In this document: positions 14,326-24,712 of the stretch, one piece after another | Layout: each line of letters begins with the position of its first letter | Numbering within the stretch: position 1 is the first letter of the stretch | The notes under the pieces: generated by a model | Told to the model about the DNA's origin: nothing | Database searches by the model: none | What the model saw: only the letters and a program-made list of their open reading frames with translations | Made by a program: the position numbers and the translations under genes | From: Myxococcales bacterium | GTDB lineage: Bacteria; Myxococcota_A; UBA9042; JABWCM01; BTVJ01 | Length of the DNA: 64,000 bases | Direction: 5' to 3' | Assembly: GCA_045863395.1 (NCBI GenBank) | Contig: BTVJ01000019.1 | Span: 37,221 to 101,220, forward strand

Positions 14326-16677
14326 TTATGTAAACTTCCCTTGACCGCCCGACGACCCTCGCCGGCGCAGCGCTCGCCCTACCGCTACCGCGGCGAGCCA
14401 CAGGGCTCCCCACGCTCCCGCGGACGTCCCGCCCGCGCCGCACCCGTCGCTGGTCACGCCGCCGTCCGCCGGCGCCGTCACTGACGCGCCGAACCCGCTC
14501 CCCCCACCAGACGTGGGCCCCGTGTCGCCAGCGAGCGCGCCAACGGCGTCCCCGCCGCTGCCATCGACCGCCTCCGCGCCGCCCCCTCCCCAGCCCGCCC
14601 CACCGGAGCCGCCACCGGAGCCGCCAGCTACGCAGACACCACCGGACGCCGCCGTACCCACCGGGCAGCACACGCCGCCCCCGCAGCCGCGCTCGCAGTG
14701 CTCCACGTCCCCAACCCCGCGCCCGCAGCCGTCCACGCGGCGCCGCGCGTTGCCCTCGCACCGGGCCGAGGTGGCGGGGCCGCAGGCGCAGTCGCCGGCG
14801 TCGGGGACGCACAGCAGCTCGCCGTCGACCGATTGGCACGCGAAGGCGTCGGGGCAGAGCCCGCCCTGGCATGGCACGAGGCAGTACCGACCGCCCCCGA
14901 GCTCCACGCAGCGCCCGCCGGCGCCGCACCCGACGTCGGACTCGCAGGGCAGGCACAGCACCTTGGCGCAGGTCCCCTGGTGACACTGCTGGCCCGGGCC
15001 GCAGGGGGTGGCCGCTGAGCAGCAGCCCTCGACAGGCCCGGAGACGCAGCCCACCGTCGGGTCGCAGCCGTCCACGGTGCATGGGTCACCGTCGTCGCAG
15101 CCCACTGGGGCGGCTTCGCACAGAGCGCCGCCGTCCTCGGTGCACCCGACCACGCCTTGGCTGGCGCACGGCCCCTCCCCCACCTGGCAGGGCTCGCCCA
15201 CGCCGTAGCCCTCATCCGTGGAGCCGTCGCAGTCGTCGTCCTTGCCGTTGCAGACCTCGGAGCCCGGGGTGCAGGGCGGCGGGCACCCCTCGTCCACGTC
15301 GCCGTCGCAGTCGTCGTCCTTGCCGTTGCAGACCTCCGCCGCCGCGTCGCATGGGGCCGCACAGTGGACCGACGGCGCGTCGACGCACGCCTGCCCGGCG
15401 GGGCACGGCTTGGCGGTGATGCCGCCCGACGCGTCGCATGCGTAGCGCTGCCCGTCCAGGAAGCAGATGTCGTGGGCCTTGGGGACGCCCTTCGGTGACT
15501 CGACGCAGAACGCCGACACGCAGTGGGGCTTCGTGCCCCCCGCCGTCGAGCACCACGCGCCGAAGGCCCCGCAGTCGCCCGTGCTGGTCACCTTCCCGCC
15601 GGAGCAGTGCGCCATGATGGTGTCACCGAGGCACACGTCCGCCTCTCCGCTCGCGGGGCAGCCGCCAGACTCGCAGTGGACCCCCCCGACCGCGCTGCAG
15701 TGCTTGCCGGCCCCGCAGGGCTTGGGCGTGATGCCGCCACTCGCCTCGCAGGTATAGCGCTCGCCGTCGGGCAGACACACGTCGTGGACCCATGGCGCCT
15801 GCTTCGGCGAGTCCACGCAGAAGACCACCACGCACCGCGCCTCGGCGGCGCCGGCCGTCGAGCAGTACGCCCCGAAGGCGCCGCAGTCGCCCACCTCGAT
15901 CTGCCCGTTCTTGCAGGTGCCGATCTTGTGGTCGTCCAGGCACACCTTGACGGTCCCCGTAGCCGGGCAGGCACCGAAGACGCAGCGGACGCCCAGGGCG
16001 TCGTCCACACAGTTGGCCCCATAGACGGCGCAGTCGCCCTTGCCACAGTCGGCGCCCACGATGACGCTCCCCTCGCAGTGCGCCTTGCAGGAGCCACAGG
16101 CCGTGTGGTCCACGGCCTTGAGCAGCGGGTAGGGGTCGATGCCCGACTCGTAGGCGTCGTCGGGGTAGATGCTGAAGTGGAGGTGGGGCGAGGTCCCCTG
16201 GGCGCTGCCGGTCTTCCCCACCGTGCCGATCTTGTCTCCCGCCTTGACCTGCTTGCCCACGACGACGCCGGGCTCAATCTGGTCCAGGTGCGCATGGTAG
16301 TAGTACCAGCCGCAGCCGTCCTTCACCGTGACGCGGTTTCCGCCCACCGAGGTGTACCCAGACTTGACGATGGTCCCTCCCCGGGGCGCGACGACGGGCG
16401 TGCCGAGCGCGGCGAAGATGTCGTTGCCGTAGTGGTTCCCTCCGATGAAGTCCGAGTTGTCCGGGGAGCCCCCCGGGTGGGGCGGGCAACTGTAGCTGAG
16501 GGCGTTCTTGTCCCAGCCTCCGTTGTGGGGCCCCGCGACGGGATAGCGCTCCAGCAGAGGCCCGCAGGTGACCGCCCCCGAGCGGGCGCCTTGGTCGTCC
16601 GCGGTCATGGCGTGGTCCACGGGAGGCTCGACGCACCCCCCGAGGATCGCGACCAGGAGCAGGATGGCACGGCGCAT
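14326..16677 (-). CDS. M23 family peptidase with Cys-rich tandem repeats, MopE-like repeats and MYXO-CTERM-like tail
   Basis: HYGNDIFA.LGTPV, YYYHAHL, IGTVGKTG, PHLHFSI..IDP; lipobox ILGG-C; EVCNGKDDDCDG x2; GC...WGALWLAAVAVGRALRRR. Confidence 0.88.
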   Translation of the reverse strand: MRRAILLLVAILGGCVEPPVDHAMTADDQGARSGAVTCGPLLERYPVAGPHNGGWDKNALSYSCPPHPGGSPDNSDFIGGNHYGNDIFAALGTPVVAPRGGTIVKSGYTSVGGNRVTVKDGCGWYYYHAHLDQIEPGVVVGKQVKAGDKIGTVGKTGSAQGTSPHLHFSIYPDDAYESGIDPYPLLKAVDHTACGSCKAHCEGSVIVGADCGKGDCAVYGANCVDDALGVRCVFGACPATGTVKVCLDDHKIGTCKNGQIEVGDCGAFGAYCSTAGAAEARCVVVFCVDSPKQAPWVHDVCLPDGERYTCEASGGITPKPCGAGKHCSAVGGVHCESGGCPASGEADVCLGDTIMAHCSGGKVTSTGDCGAFGAWCSTAGGTKPHCVSAFCVESPKGVPKAHDICFLDGQRYACDASGGITAKPCPAGQACVDAPSVHCAAPCDAAAEVCNGKDDDCDGDVDEGCPPPCTPGSEVCNGKDDDCDGSTDEGYGVGEPCQVGEGPCASQGVVGCTEDGGALCEAAPVGCDDGDPCTVDGCDPTVGCVSGPVEGCCSAATPCGPGQQCHQGTCAKVLCLPCESDVGCGAGGRCVELGGGRYCLVPCQGGLCPDAFACQSVDGELLCVPDAGDCACGPATSARCEGNARRRVDGCGRGVGDVEHCERGCGGGVCCPVGTAASGGVCVAGGSGGGSGGAGWGGGGAEAVDGSGGDAVGALAGDTGPTSGGGSGFGASVTAPADGGVTSDGCGAGGTSAGAWGALWLAAVAVGRALRRRGSSGGQGKFT

Positions 16678-16728
16678 GGGTCCTCCCGGGGTCACCTCGG
16701 TGCAGCGAGCGAGGACGCTGGCGCCGCC

Positions 16729-18174
16729 TCACGCTCCCTCGAACAGATCCTCGGCCCGGACGATCTCGACCTCGGTCAACGCGAGGCGCCGGGCGGCGAT
16801 CAGCTGGTCGGCCTCGGCCACCTCGTCCGGCACGGGCGCCGGGTACGTGATCGGGCTGTCCCCGTCGGCCAGCAGCTCGTCGCGGAGGCGCGCCGCGTCG
16901 CCGCACACCATCACGGCTCGCCAGCGGTCCGGGTGGACGTGGCGGCGCACCGCCTCGGTCACGTCCCCGGCGTCCAGGCCAGGGAGCCGCTCAGCGAGCA
17001 GGTCCACGAGGCCCGGCACCTCGAAGAGGCGTCCGTCCATGGCGAGACCGAGGCGCGAGGACGCCGCCTGAGCCCAGAGGCGGGAGTAGGACGCGAGGAA
17101 CTCCCGCGTGCTCTCGAGCTCCCCCTGCCCCATCCCGCGGACGATCAGGCGGTCCACCTCGTGCAGCGCCGCGCGCAGGGCGAAGAGCGCCTTCTCTGGC
17201 GGCACCGGGCGCACCCACACGGAGAAGTGAGGCCGCGAGCGCAGGAAGCCCGGTGTCGGCTGGGTGGTGGCCGTCGGCGACGGATAGTGCTCCACGTAGG
17301 AGTAGTCCCCGTAGTTCAGGCCCCGCAGCCCGCGGAGCTGCTGCATGAGGCGCCCGTGGAAGGTGCGGTGCTCTCCGAGGTAGCTGTTGGCCAGCCACAG
17401 GGCGGCGAAGTCCGGGTGGGCCCGGTCGACGGTCAGGGGATGGCCGAGGTGGATGCCCACCGAGCCGGTCGCCTTCTGCACCAGCAGCGCGTGACGCCCG
17501 GACACCGGCGGCGGCGGAGGCACCGGGGGGGCCGCCTCGCCTTGGGGCAGGGCGCCGAGCGCCCCGATGAAGCGCGCGAGCCACGCGTCGCTGAAGCCGC
17601 CCGCCACGCCGACCATCAGGCGGGCCCGGGTCCATGCGCCGGCGTGGTGGCGGCGCACGTCCTCCACGCCAACGCGGCGCAGCGAAGAGACCGTCCCCTC
17701 CGGCGCGTGACCATAGGGGTGGCGCGCCCCGAAGAGCGCCTGCTGCAGCACCTCGAGGCCGAGCTGCTCGTCGCTGGCGCTGCGCAGCACCGCCAGCAGG
17801 TGCGAGAGCTGCGCCTGCCGTCCCCGCTCCAGGTCCGCCTCGTCGAAGCCGGGGGTGAGCACCGCCTCCAGGAGCAGATCGGTCAAGGCGTCGAGGCGGT
17901 CCCGGTGCACCGTCCCTGACAGGCACACCAGCTCCCGGTCGCAGGTGACGGACAGGGAGGTGCCGAGCGGGTAGAAGGCCTCGGTCAGGGCCCGATACGA
18001 GCGGCGCGCCGTGCCCGCGTCACCCACCATGCGCGCGGTGAGGGCCCCGAGCCCATCCAGGCCCGGCGGGTCCCACGCGGAGCCGGCCCGCAGCAGCAGG
18101 CGCACGGTGACCAGTGGCGACCGGGACGGCTGGGCGACGAGGTCGACTCCCTGGGAGGTCATGGAGCCGATCAT
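16729..18174 (-). CDS. M16B peptidase, non-catalytic subunit
   Basis: RAGSAWDPPGLDGL without HxxEH; RGLNYGDYSY (R/Y motif); ATGA overlap with upstream partner. Confidence 0.85.
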   Translation of the reverse strand: MIGSMTSQGVDLVAQPSRSPLVTVRLLLRAGSAWDPPGLDGLGALTARMVGDAGTARRSYRALTEAFYPLGTSLSVTCDRELVCLSGTVHRDRLDALTDLLLEAVLTPGFDEADLERGRQAQLSHLLAVLRSASDEQLGLEVLQQALFGARHPYGHAPEGTVSSLRRVGVEDVRRHHAGAWTRARLMVGVAGGFSDAWLARFIGALGALPQGEAAPPVPPPPPVSGRHALLVQKATGSVGIHLGHPLTVDRAHPDFAALWLANSYLGEHRTFHGRLMQQLRGLRGLNYGDYSYVEHYPSPTATTQPTPGFLRSRPHFSVWVRPVPPEKALFALRAALHEVDRLIVRGMGQGELESTREFLASYSRLWAQAASSRLGLAMDGRLFEVPGLVDLLAERLPGLDAGDVTEAVRRHVHPDRWRAVMVCGDAARLRDELLADGDSPITYPAPVPDEVAEADQLIAARRLALTEVEIVRAEDLFEGA

Positions 18175-19430
18175 GGCGCCTCCTCGGAGGCCAGGGTCAC
18201 CACCGTGAGGCCGTCGGTCGTCAGGGCGCGGGCGGCGTCGCGCACCGCGTCCGGGGTGAGCGCCCCGACCTGCCCAAGGAAGGCGTCGATGGCGCCGACC
18301 TCCCCCGCCACCCCCAGGTAGACGGACGCGGTCTGGGCAAGCGTGGCCGCGCTGTCGAGCCCCGTGGCGAAGGAGTAGTGGATGTGGTCCTTGACCCGCT
18401 CCAAGCGGTCCGGGTCGACGAGCTCCGTCTGGAGCCGCTCCAGGTGCCTTCGGATCGCCAGCTCCACGGGACCGAGCAGGGCCGCATCGCGCGGCTGCGC
18501 CCACACCGTGAACAGGTACGGGTCCCGGTGGAAGGGTGGCGAGGCGCTCAGGGCGTCCACCCACTGCCGCTCCACCACCAGCTCCTGGTAGAGGGGCGCC
18601 GGCGCCCCGAAGAGGAGCTGCTCCACGGCCGCGAGAGCGGGGCTCCGCGGGTCGGCAAAGGCTGGTCCACGCCAGCCCATGACCAGGCGGGGGCGCGTCG
18701 AGGCCCAGCCGAGGTGGGCGCGCCGCTCGCCATCTTGCGGCGGCTCGGGCTGCACGTCGGGCGAAGCGGCTGCCCCCTGCCACGCCCCGTACCACCGCTC
18801 GGCCGAGGAGACCACCGCGTCGGGCTCCACGTCCCCCACGACCAGCAGGGTGCAGTTGCCCGGACGGTAGAAGCGCTGGAAGAAGTCGCGGCTGTAGGCG
18901 AAGGCGTCCGGCATGGTGCGGATGTCCCGCTCGTACCCGATGGTCGTGTGTCCGTAGGTGTGGCGCTGGAAGGCCAGCTCCCGCACGCGCTCCATCATGG
19001 GCTGCCACGGGTTGGAGGCGCCCATCTTGTACTCGCCGTGAACGGCGAGCGCCTCTGTACGGAAGGCGTCCTCCGCGTAGTCCAGGTGCTGGAAGCGGTC
19101 GGACTCGATGTCCATGACCGTCTCCATGGCGTAGGACCCGCACACGATGTGGTAGCAGGTGTAGTCGTCGGTGGTGTAGGCATTGGATTGGGCGCCGAGG
19201 CGCCGGAGCACGTCGCTGTATGCGCGCTCGGGCCACCGGTGCGTACCGCGGAACATCATGTGCTCGAAGAAGTGGGCGAAGCCGCTGCGGCCCGGCTCCA
19301 CCTCGTCGCGGGATCCGGTGCGCACCACCGTGTGGAAGGCCATGACTCCCGGGCTCTCGAAGGGGATGACCACGAGGCGGAGGCCGCTGTCGAGGGTGCG
19401 CTCGTGGACGGGGGCCGGCAGCGCGCTCAT
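18171..19430 (-). CDS. M16B zinc peptidase, catalytic subunit
   Basis: GSRDE..GRSGFAHFFEHMMFRGT (HxxEH), NAYT..DYTCY. Confidence 0.92.
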   Translation of the reverse strand: MSALPAPVHERTLDSGLRLVVIPFESPGVMAFHTVVRTGSRDEVEPGRSGFAHFFEHMMFRGTHRWPERAYSDVLRRLGAQSNAYTTDDYTCYHIVCGSYAMETVMDIESDRFQHLDYAEDAFRTEALAVHGEYKMGASNPWQPMMERVRELAFQRHTYGHTTIGYERDIRTMPDAFAYSRDFFQRFYRPGNCTLLVVGDVEPDAVVSSAERWYGAWQGAAASPDVQPEPPQDGERRAHLGWASTRPRLVMGWRGPAFADPRSPALAAVEQLLFGAPAPLYQELVVERQWVDALSASPPFHRDPYLFTVWAQPRDAALLGPVELAIRRHLERLQTELVDPDRLERVKDHIHYSFATGLDSAATLAQTASVYLGVAGEVGAIDAFLGQVGALTPDAVRDAARALTTDGLTVVTLASEEAP

Positions 19431-20191
19431 GGGGGTGTCTCCGGTGGGGCAGCCACGACGCGGGTGATCGGCGACGGCGCCTCACCGCAGCTCTTGGGGA
19501 TCGTGTACGTCTGGCGGACGAGGCTCCCTGCCGGGGTTCCGAACGACTCGAGGGCCGCGGTCACCTGCTGCTCTTCTCGCAGGAAGATCGAGCCGCGGTA
19601 GTGGGACCAAAGCGGGACACCGGCGACCACGTGCTCCACGAGGGCCGCGGCATCGCCGGGCCGCAGGCGCCCGTGCATGTGACCCGATGGCAACGCGATG
19701 GCGGTGGCGGCGAAGCGGTGTCCCCCGAGGTGGGTGGACTCCCAGACCTCCAGGTCCAGGCCGCGGCGGGCCACCTCCTCACGCGCCCGGTCGGCCAGCT
19801 CCTGCCCATGGCGGGCGCAGCAGGCGTCGTGGCGCCCGTGGGTGCAGATGATGAGTGCGGGAGGGGCGGCTGCCGTCGGAGCGTCCATGCGGGCGCACAG
19901 GTCGTCCGGTGGGGCCTCGACCCTCCACCCGCCGGGCCAGCCCATGGCGACGCAGCGATCACGGGTCACACCGGGGCGCGAGATCAGCCGGAGCGCCACC
20001 TTGCGCCCGGCGGACCGCGCCGCCAGCCATGGCGAGAGATCCGGCAGGCCCGCAGAGGCGAGCGCATCGTCACCCCAGCTCCCCTTGGGCCAGCTCACGA
20101 GCACCAGCTCCGCGCAGGTCGTCGCGGAGCCCAGCAGGGGTTCACCGGCCGCGAGGCTCGCGTCGCTGCAGAAGTGGCGGTCCGGGTTCAC
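19427..20191 (-). CDS. Sucrase/ferredoxin-like (thioredoxin-like [2Fe-2S], Apd1/Aim32-type) protein
   Basis: EPLLGSA, ICTHGRHDACCA, WESTHLGGHRFAAT, HYRG; GTG start at 20191 after GGGAG. Confidence 0.85.
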   Translation of the reverse strand: MNPDRHFCSDASLAAGEPLLGSATTCAELVLVSWPKGSWGDDALASAGLPDLSPWLAARSAGRKVALRLISRPGVTRDRCVAMGWPGGWRVEAPPDDLCARMDAPTAAAPPALIICTHGRHDACCARHGQELADRAREEVARRGLDLEVWESTHLGGHRFAATAIALPSGHMHGRLRPGDAAALVEHVVAGVPLWSHYRGSIFLREEQQVTAALESFGTPAGSLVRQTYTIPKSCGEAPSPITRVVAAPPETPP

Positions 20192-20210
20192 GTGGCGCTC
20201 CCGTCGAGGA

Positions 20211-21203
20211 TCAGTCTGGCAACCCCACGCCCCGCGGGATGAGATCGCGGGCCGCGAGCCACTCGGGGTTGAACATGGTGCTCTGGTAGCGCCCGCCGCC
20301 GTCGCACAGCACGGTGACGATGGTCTTGCCGGGGCCCAGGGCGCGGGCGAGGCGGACGGCCCCCACGGCGTTGAGGGCCGCGGAGCCCCCGACCAGCAGG
20401 CCGTCGTGGCGGAGGAGGTGGTGGGCCATCTCGACCACCTCTCGATCGGACCCCTGGAAGGCGTCGTCGAGCTGGGCCCGCGCAAAGTTGGCGGTGACCC
20501 GCCCGATGCCGATGCCCTCCGTGATGGACGAGCCCTCCGCCTCCAGCACGCCGCGCTTGACCCAGGAGTAGAGAGCCGAGCCTGCGGGGTCCACGACGGC
20601 GGCGACCAGCTCCTTGCGGCGCTCCTTGAGGAAGGCCGTCGTGCCCCCGATGGTACCGCCCGTCCCCGCGGACATGACTACGCCGTCGATGTGCCCGCCG
20701 GTCTGCTCCCACAGCTCGGGGCCCGTCGACTCGTAGTGGGCGTCGGCGTTCGCGGTGTTCTCGAACTGGTTGGCCCAGAAGGCGTTGGGGGCCGCGGCTG
20801 CCATGCGGCGAGCCACGTGGTAGTAGTTGTTCTCGTCCTTGAAGGGCGCAGGCGGCACCAGCTCCACCGTGGCGCCCAGCAGGCGCAGCGTGTCGATCTT
20901 CTCCCGCGACTGGTTGCTCGGCACGACGACCGTCAGCTTGTAGCCGAGCGCGTTGGCGACCACGGCGAGCCCGATGCCCGTGTTGCCGGCGGTCCCCTCG
21001 TAGATGGTGCCACCGGGGCCGAGCGCGCCGTCTCGCTCCGCGCCGCGGACCATCCACAGTGCGGCGCGATCCTTCACGCTGCCGCCTGGGTTCAGGTTCT
21101 CTGCCTTCATGAGGATGGCGCAGCCCGTGGCCTCCGAGAGGCTGCGCACGCGGATGAGCGGCGTCCTGCCGACAGCCCCCGTGAGGCCGTCCCGAATGTC
21201 CAT
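20211..21203 (-). CDS. cysK: Cysteine synthase A family protein
   Basis: KAENLNPGGSVKDRAA, EGTAGNTGIG, WANQFEN.AN, ITEGIGIGRVT.NF, VTVLCD. Confidence 0.88.
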   Translation of the reverse strand: MDIRDGLTGAVGRTPLIRVRSLSEATGCAILMKAENLNPGGSVKDRAALWMVRGAERDGALGPGGTIYEGTAGNTGIGLAVVANALGYKLTVVVPSNQSREKIDTLRLLGATVELVPPAPFKDENNYYHVARRMAAAAPNAFWANQFENTANADAHYESTGPELWEQTGGHIDGVVMSAGTGGTIGGTTAFLKERRKELVAAVVDPAGSALYSWVKRGVLEAEGSSITEGIGIGRVTANFARAQLDDAFQGSDREVVEMAHHLLRHDGLLVGGSAALNAVGAVRLARALGPGKTIVTVLCDGGGRYQSTMFNPEWLAARDLIPRGVGLPD

Positions 21204-21261
21204 ATGGCGTCTCCTTGGTCTTGCGGAACGGCCCCACTGTCGCAGATCAGGGGCCTCTGTT

Positions 21262-22398
21262 TCAACCGTTGGTTGGGACGCCGAGGGTGGCCCGGTAGAC
21301 GTCGAGGGTCTCCCGGGCGCAGCGCTCCCAGGTGAAGGCGGCTGCGCGACGGATGCCCCGCTCCCGGAGACTGGCGCGCAAGGCGCGGTCGCGAGCGACG
21401 CGCACCAGCGCGTCCCCCAGCGCCACCTCGTCGAGTGGCGGCACCAGCAGCGCGGCGTCGCCTGCGATCTCGGGCACGCAGCTCGCCCGCGCCGCGATGA
21501 CGGGGCAGCCGCTCGCGAACGCCTCGAGCACGGTCATGCCGAAGCCCTCGTAGGTGGACGCCATCACGTGGGCCGTCGCCCCCTGGTAGAGGGTGGAGAG
21601 GCGGTCCTCGTCCACGAACCCGGCGAGCTGCACGCGGTCTCCGGCGCCGCTCGCAGCGATGGCGTCGCGGATGGGCCCCTCCCAGGCGGGGCGCATCTGG
21701 CCGGCGATCAGGAGGGATTCGTCGAAGTCTCCGGCGCGCCGCCCGAAGGCCCGCACCAGGGCCGGCACCTGCTTGCGGGCATCGAAGCCGCCGACGTAGA
21801 GGAAGTACGGCCGGTGCGCCGTGGCGGCGGCCGGCCGGAACCGATCGTGGTCCACCCCATGGTGCACGACGGAGATCCGCGACGGGGGCAAGCCCGTCGC
21901 ACCCACCAGGTCGCTGCGGGTGTGCTCCGAGATGGCGATGACCCGGTCGGGGAGGCGGTAGCGCAGGCGGTCGACGAGGGCGACAGCGGCAGAGGGGACC
22001 CAGGCGGGGCGGTAGGGCGGCCCGAGCACCGTGGGGATCAGGTCGTGGCAGGTGGTGACGGTCCGCATCCCGGGCAGGCAGGGCGCGCCCTTGGGGTCGG
22101 TCGCATGGAACAGGTCTACGCGACCCGCCAGGCGCGCGGCCCCGGCGGTGTGGGCCAGGGCGTAGTGGGCCGCGTAGGGGACCGGGGGCCCCGCCGAGGA
22201 GTCCATGGCCCGGGCGACCGCCTCTGCCAGGGGGAGGACGCGCGTGCGGACTCCGCGTCCCACGAGGGCGTACAGCTCCAGATCCTCACAAGGCGTGGCG
22301 GCCAGGGCGCGGGCGAGGGCGAGCGCATAGGTCCCGATACCGCGGAAGCGGGAGCCGGTGGACAGCGGCGTCAGGTCGAGGCAGGCGCGGGGCTTCAC
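21262..22398 (-). CDS. Glycosyltransferase family 4
   Basis: RGIGTY, TCHDLIP, AISEHT, FLYVGGFDARK, YEGFGMTVLEAFASGCPV, FTWERCA. Confidence 0.92.
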   Translation of the reverse strand: MKPRACLDLTPLSTGSRFRGIGTYALALARALAATPCEDLELYALVGRGVRTRVLPLAEAVARAMDSSAGPPVPYAAHYALAHTAGAARLAGRVDLFHATDPKGAPCLPGMRTVTTCHDLIPTVLGPPYRPAWVPSAAVALVDRLRYRLPDRVIAISEHTRSDLVGATGLPPSRISVVHHGVDHDRFRPAAATAHRPYFLYVGGFDARKQVPALVRAFGRRAGDFDESLLIAGQMRPAWEGPIRDAIAASGAGDRVQLAGFVDEDRLSTLYQGATAHVMASTYEGFGMTVLEAFASGCPVIAARASCVPEIAGDAALLVPPLDEVALGDALVRVARDRALRASLRERGIRRAAAFTWERCARETLDVYRATLGVPTNG

Positions 22399-22727
22399 GG
22401 GGCGACCTCCAGGGGGCCGCACCGTACAGCGGGAGCCCGCGCGGGGTCAACCGCCCGGGGTCAGGTAGACTCATTTCCACCAGCCGGGGGCAGAGACGCT
22501 CGCAGGCGGGGTGTCGAGGGCCTCTCGCCCCCTCGGGGCTCGGACTCCGCGCTCCTCGAAGGAGGCGCTCGTCCTCGGCGGGAGCTCCCACCTGGCGCGG
22601 GCTGGCCATGGAGGTCCTCGACGAACGGATCGAGTCGAACGGTTGACCGGAGGGGGCGCTGAGTCCCACACTGCACGACACCACCTACGTCGTGTGGACG
22701 TCTGAACACCGTCCCGAGGAGCTGACG

Positions 22728-24584
22728 ATGACGGCACCCGCTCTGCTCGCCCCTGCGGTCCTCGGTGCGACGGCCCGGAGCAGCGGGGGCGCGCAGGCGG
22801 AGGGCTCGCCTCGCCGCCTGCGCCACCGCCGCGCCGATTGGCTGTTCGCACTGGCAGCCGTGTACGCCACCCTGTCGGGCTGCGGCGAGACCAAGCCACA
22901 GTCGTCGAGCAACGGCGTCGTGGACACCGTGTCGGCAATGGTTCCCGCCGCCACCGGAGGCACCATCCGGTTCGCCGACGGCACCCGCATCGAGATCCCT
23001 CCCGGCGCCCTCGCCGAGGACACGACGATCACCCTGACGCGACCGACACCAGGCTCCTATGACACGAGAGCCCTGCTCACAGCGGTCGCCCTCGAGCCGC
23101 ACGGCCTGACGCTCAAAGCGCCTGCCACCCTGGTGCTGGCCTACGAGGAGCCGCCACCGGACGGGGTCGCCTCCCTCGTGCTCGTGAGCGCGAGCCGGCT
23201 GAACCCCCCCGTGGTGGTGGGGGGCCAGGTCGCTCCCTACGCCGTCGTGCCGATGACCGTCGACGAGGGCAGCCGCCAGGTGTCTGCGTCCATCGAGCAC
23301 TTCTCCTGGTATGGGCTCAACTCCACTCCGCGCATCCACCTGGCGCTGGAGCTCCCGGGCAAGTACCTGAAGAACGGCGACATCCTCTACACGCTCACCG
23401 GCGGGCAGGGCTTCAGCAACGCGACCGCGTTCCCCATGCACGTGGGGCTCTTCGTCGAGGACGCCACCCGCGACTCGGTCATCGAGTCCACCATCCCTTC
23501 GGAGAAGTGCACCGACCACTACTTCCGCGGGGTCGCCACCAACAGCTACGTGGGCACACTCGACAAGAACCTGGGCCTGGCGAACACCGGATTTACCGAG
23601 CTCTGCGGCGAGCACGTCTTCCTGGGAGCGCGGCTGCCCTACGAGACCGACGCGGTCGCCATCACGGGCGCGGTCCGGGCCAGCGTCGTCGCCGCCGCGA
23701 AGAAGCGCGTCGGCGATCCCTACGGGATCCTCACCCTGGACAGCCCGGGCTGGGGCACAGGGACCTTCGGCGGCCCGCTGACCGTCGGCACGGGCACGAG
23801 CTGCGTCGAGCTGACCGAGGATGCGTGGGAGGACGCCGGCATCAACGTCGTGGTCGTCCCGGACATCTTCCTCACGCCCCACGCGCAGTTCCTCGCCACG
23901 CGCCCCGTGGACGTCATCCGCGTCGAGGTCGGAGAGGAGGTCCGCATCCCGCTCATCGGCGTCGCCCGCGAGGAGAACACGTTCCGCTACAGCCGTGGGA
24001 CGGTCACCGGCGTTGCCGGCCTCGTGCCGATGAGACTGGAGCTGGTCGGTCCCGCGGACGTGGCGCAGTCGGCCTACGGTCTCGTCGCTACGAAGTCGCG
24101 CCAGGGTCTGCAGGATCTCGTCTTCACGCCGACCGACGCCGAGGCTGGCAGGAGCCACCAGTTCCACTTGAAGCTCGAGACCGAGCCGCCGGGCCTGTTC
24201 ACCACGTTCGACCTGCACGTGGACGTCGCCGAGAAGGCCACGACCCCCGGCGGTGCGGGGGCCTGCGGCGACCGGCCCAATGGCGCCTGTGCGGTGGAGG
24301 GCGGCGTGTTCTCCGCCCTTCCGTGCGACCTCCCCGCGAGCGACGCGGCGGGGCGCATGGACTGGTGCTGCCCCGCCGACCTCTGCTGGCAGTCGGGATC
24401 CTGCATCCAGCTCACGTGCCCAGCGGACTGCTACCGGATGAACTGCAACGGCTGCGCGGGCGGGCTGGGGGGGTGCTGGTGCAACCCCGCGCCGGCCATG
24501 GACTACACGTGCTACTGCGAGGCCGGTGACTTCCGCATCACGGGCGCCACGGAGTCGGGAGGGCCGGCGCCCCAGTGCCCGTGA
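22728..24584 (+). CDS. Lipoprotein: ZU5-like domain, permuted NlpC/P60 (YiiX/YebB-like) domain and Cys-rich tail
   Basis: GAGGAG RBS; lipobox TLSG-C; GGTI...IEIPPGAL...HFSWY; LKNGDIL..HVGL..VIES..GDPY..SCVELT..AW (His before Cys). Confidence 0.75.
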   Translation: MTAPALLAPAVLGATARSSGGAQAEGSPRRLRHRRADWLFALAAVYATLSGCGETKPQSSSNGVVDTVSAMVPAATGGTIRFADGTRIEIPPGALAEDTTITLTRPTPGSYDTRALLTAVALEPHGLTLKAPATLVLAYEEPPPDGVASLVLVSASRLNPPVVVGGQVAPYAVVPMTVDEGSRQVSASIEHFSWYGLNSTPRIHLALELPGKYLKNGDILYTLTGGQGFSNATAFPMHVGLFVEDATRDSVIESTIPSEKCTDHYFRGVATNSYVGTLDKNLGLANTGFTELCGEHVFLGARLPYETDAVAITGAVRASVVAAAKKRVGDPYGILTLDSPGWGTGTFGGPLTVGTGTSCVELTEDAWEDAGINVVVVPDIFLTPHAQFLATRPVDVIRVEVGEEVRIPLIGVAREENTFRYSRGTVTGVAGLVPMRLELVGPADVAQSAYGLVATKSRQGLQDLVFTPTDAEAGRSHQFHLKLETEPPGLFTTFDLHVDVAEKATTPGGAGACGDRPNGACAVEGGVFSALPCDLPASDAAGRMDWCCPADLCWQSGSCIQLTCPADCYRMNCNGCAGGLGGCWCNPAPAMDYTCYCEAGDFRITGATESGGPAPQCP

Positions 24585-24712
24585 GGGGCGGCAGCCACCG
24601 TGAGACTCCGGGCGCCGCGGGGAGCCCGACCCTCCACGCCTGCGCCATCGCCTTCCTCTTGCGCCGAGGCCCCGGGACAGGCGACCCTGTGCGGGCTGAG
24701 GAGGTGGCCACC

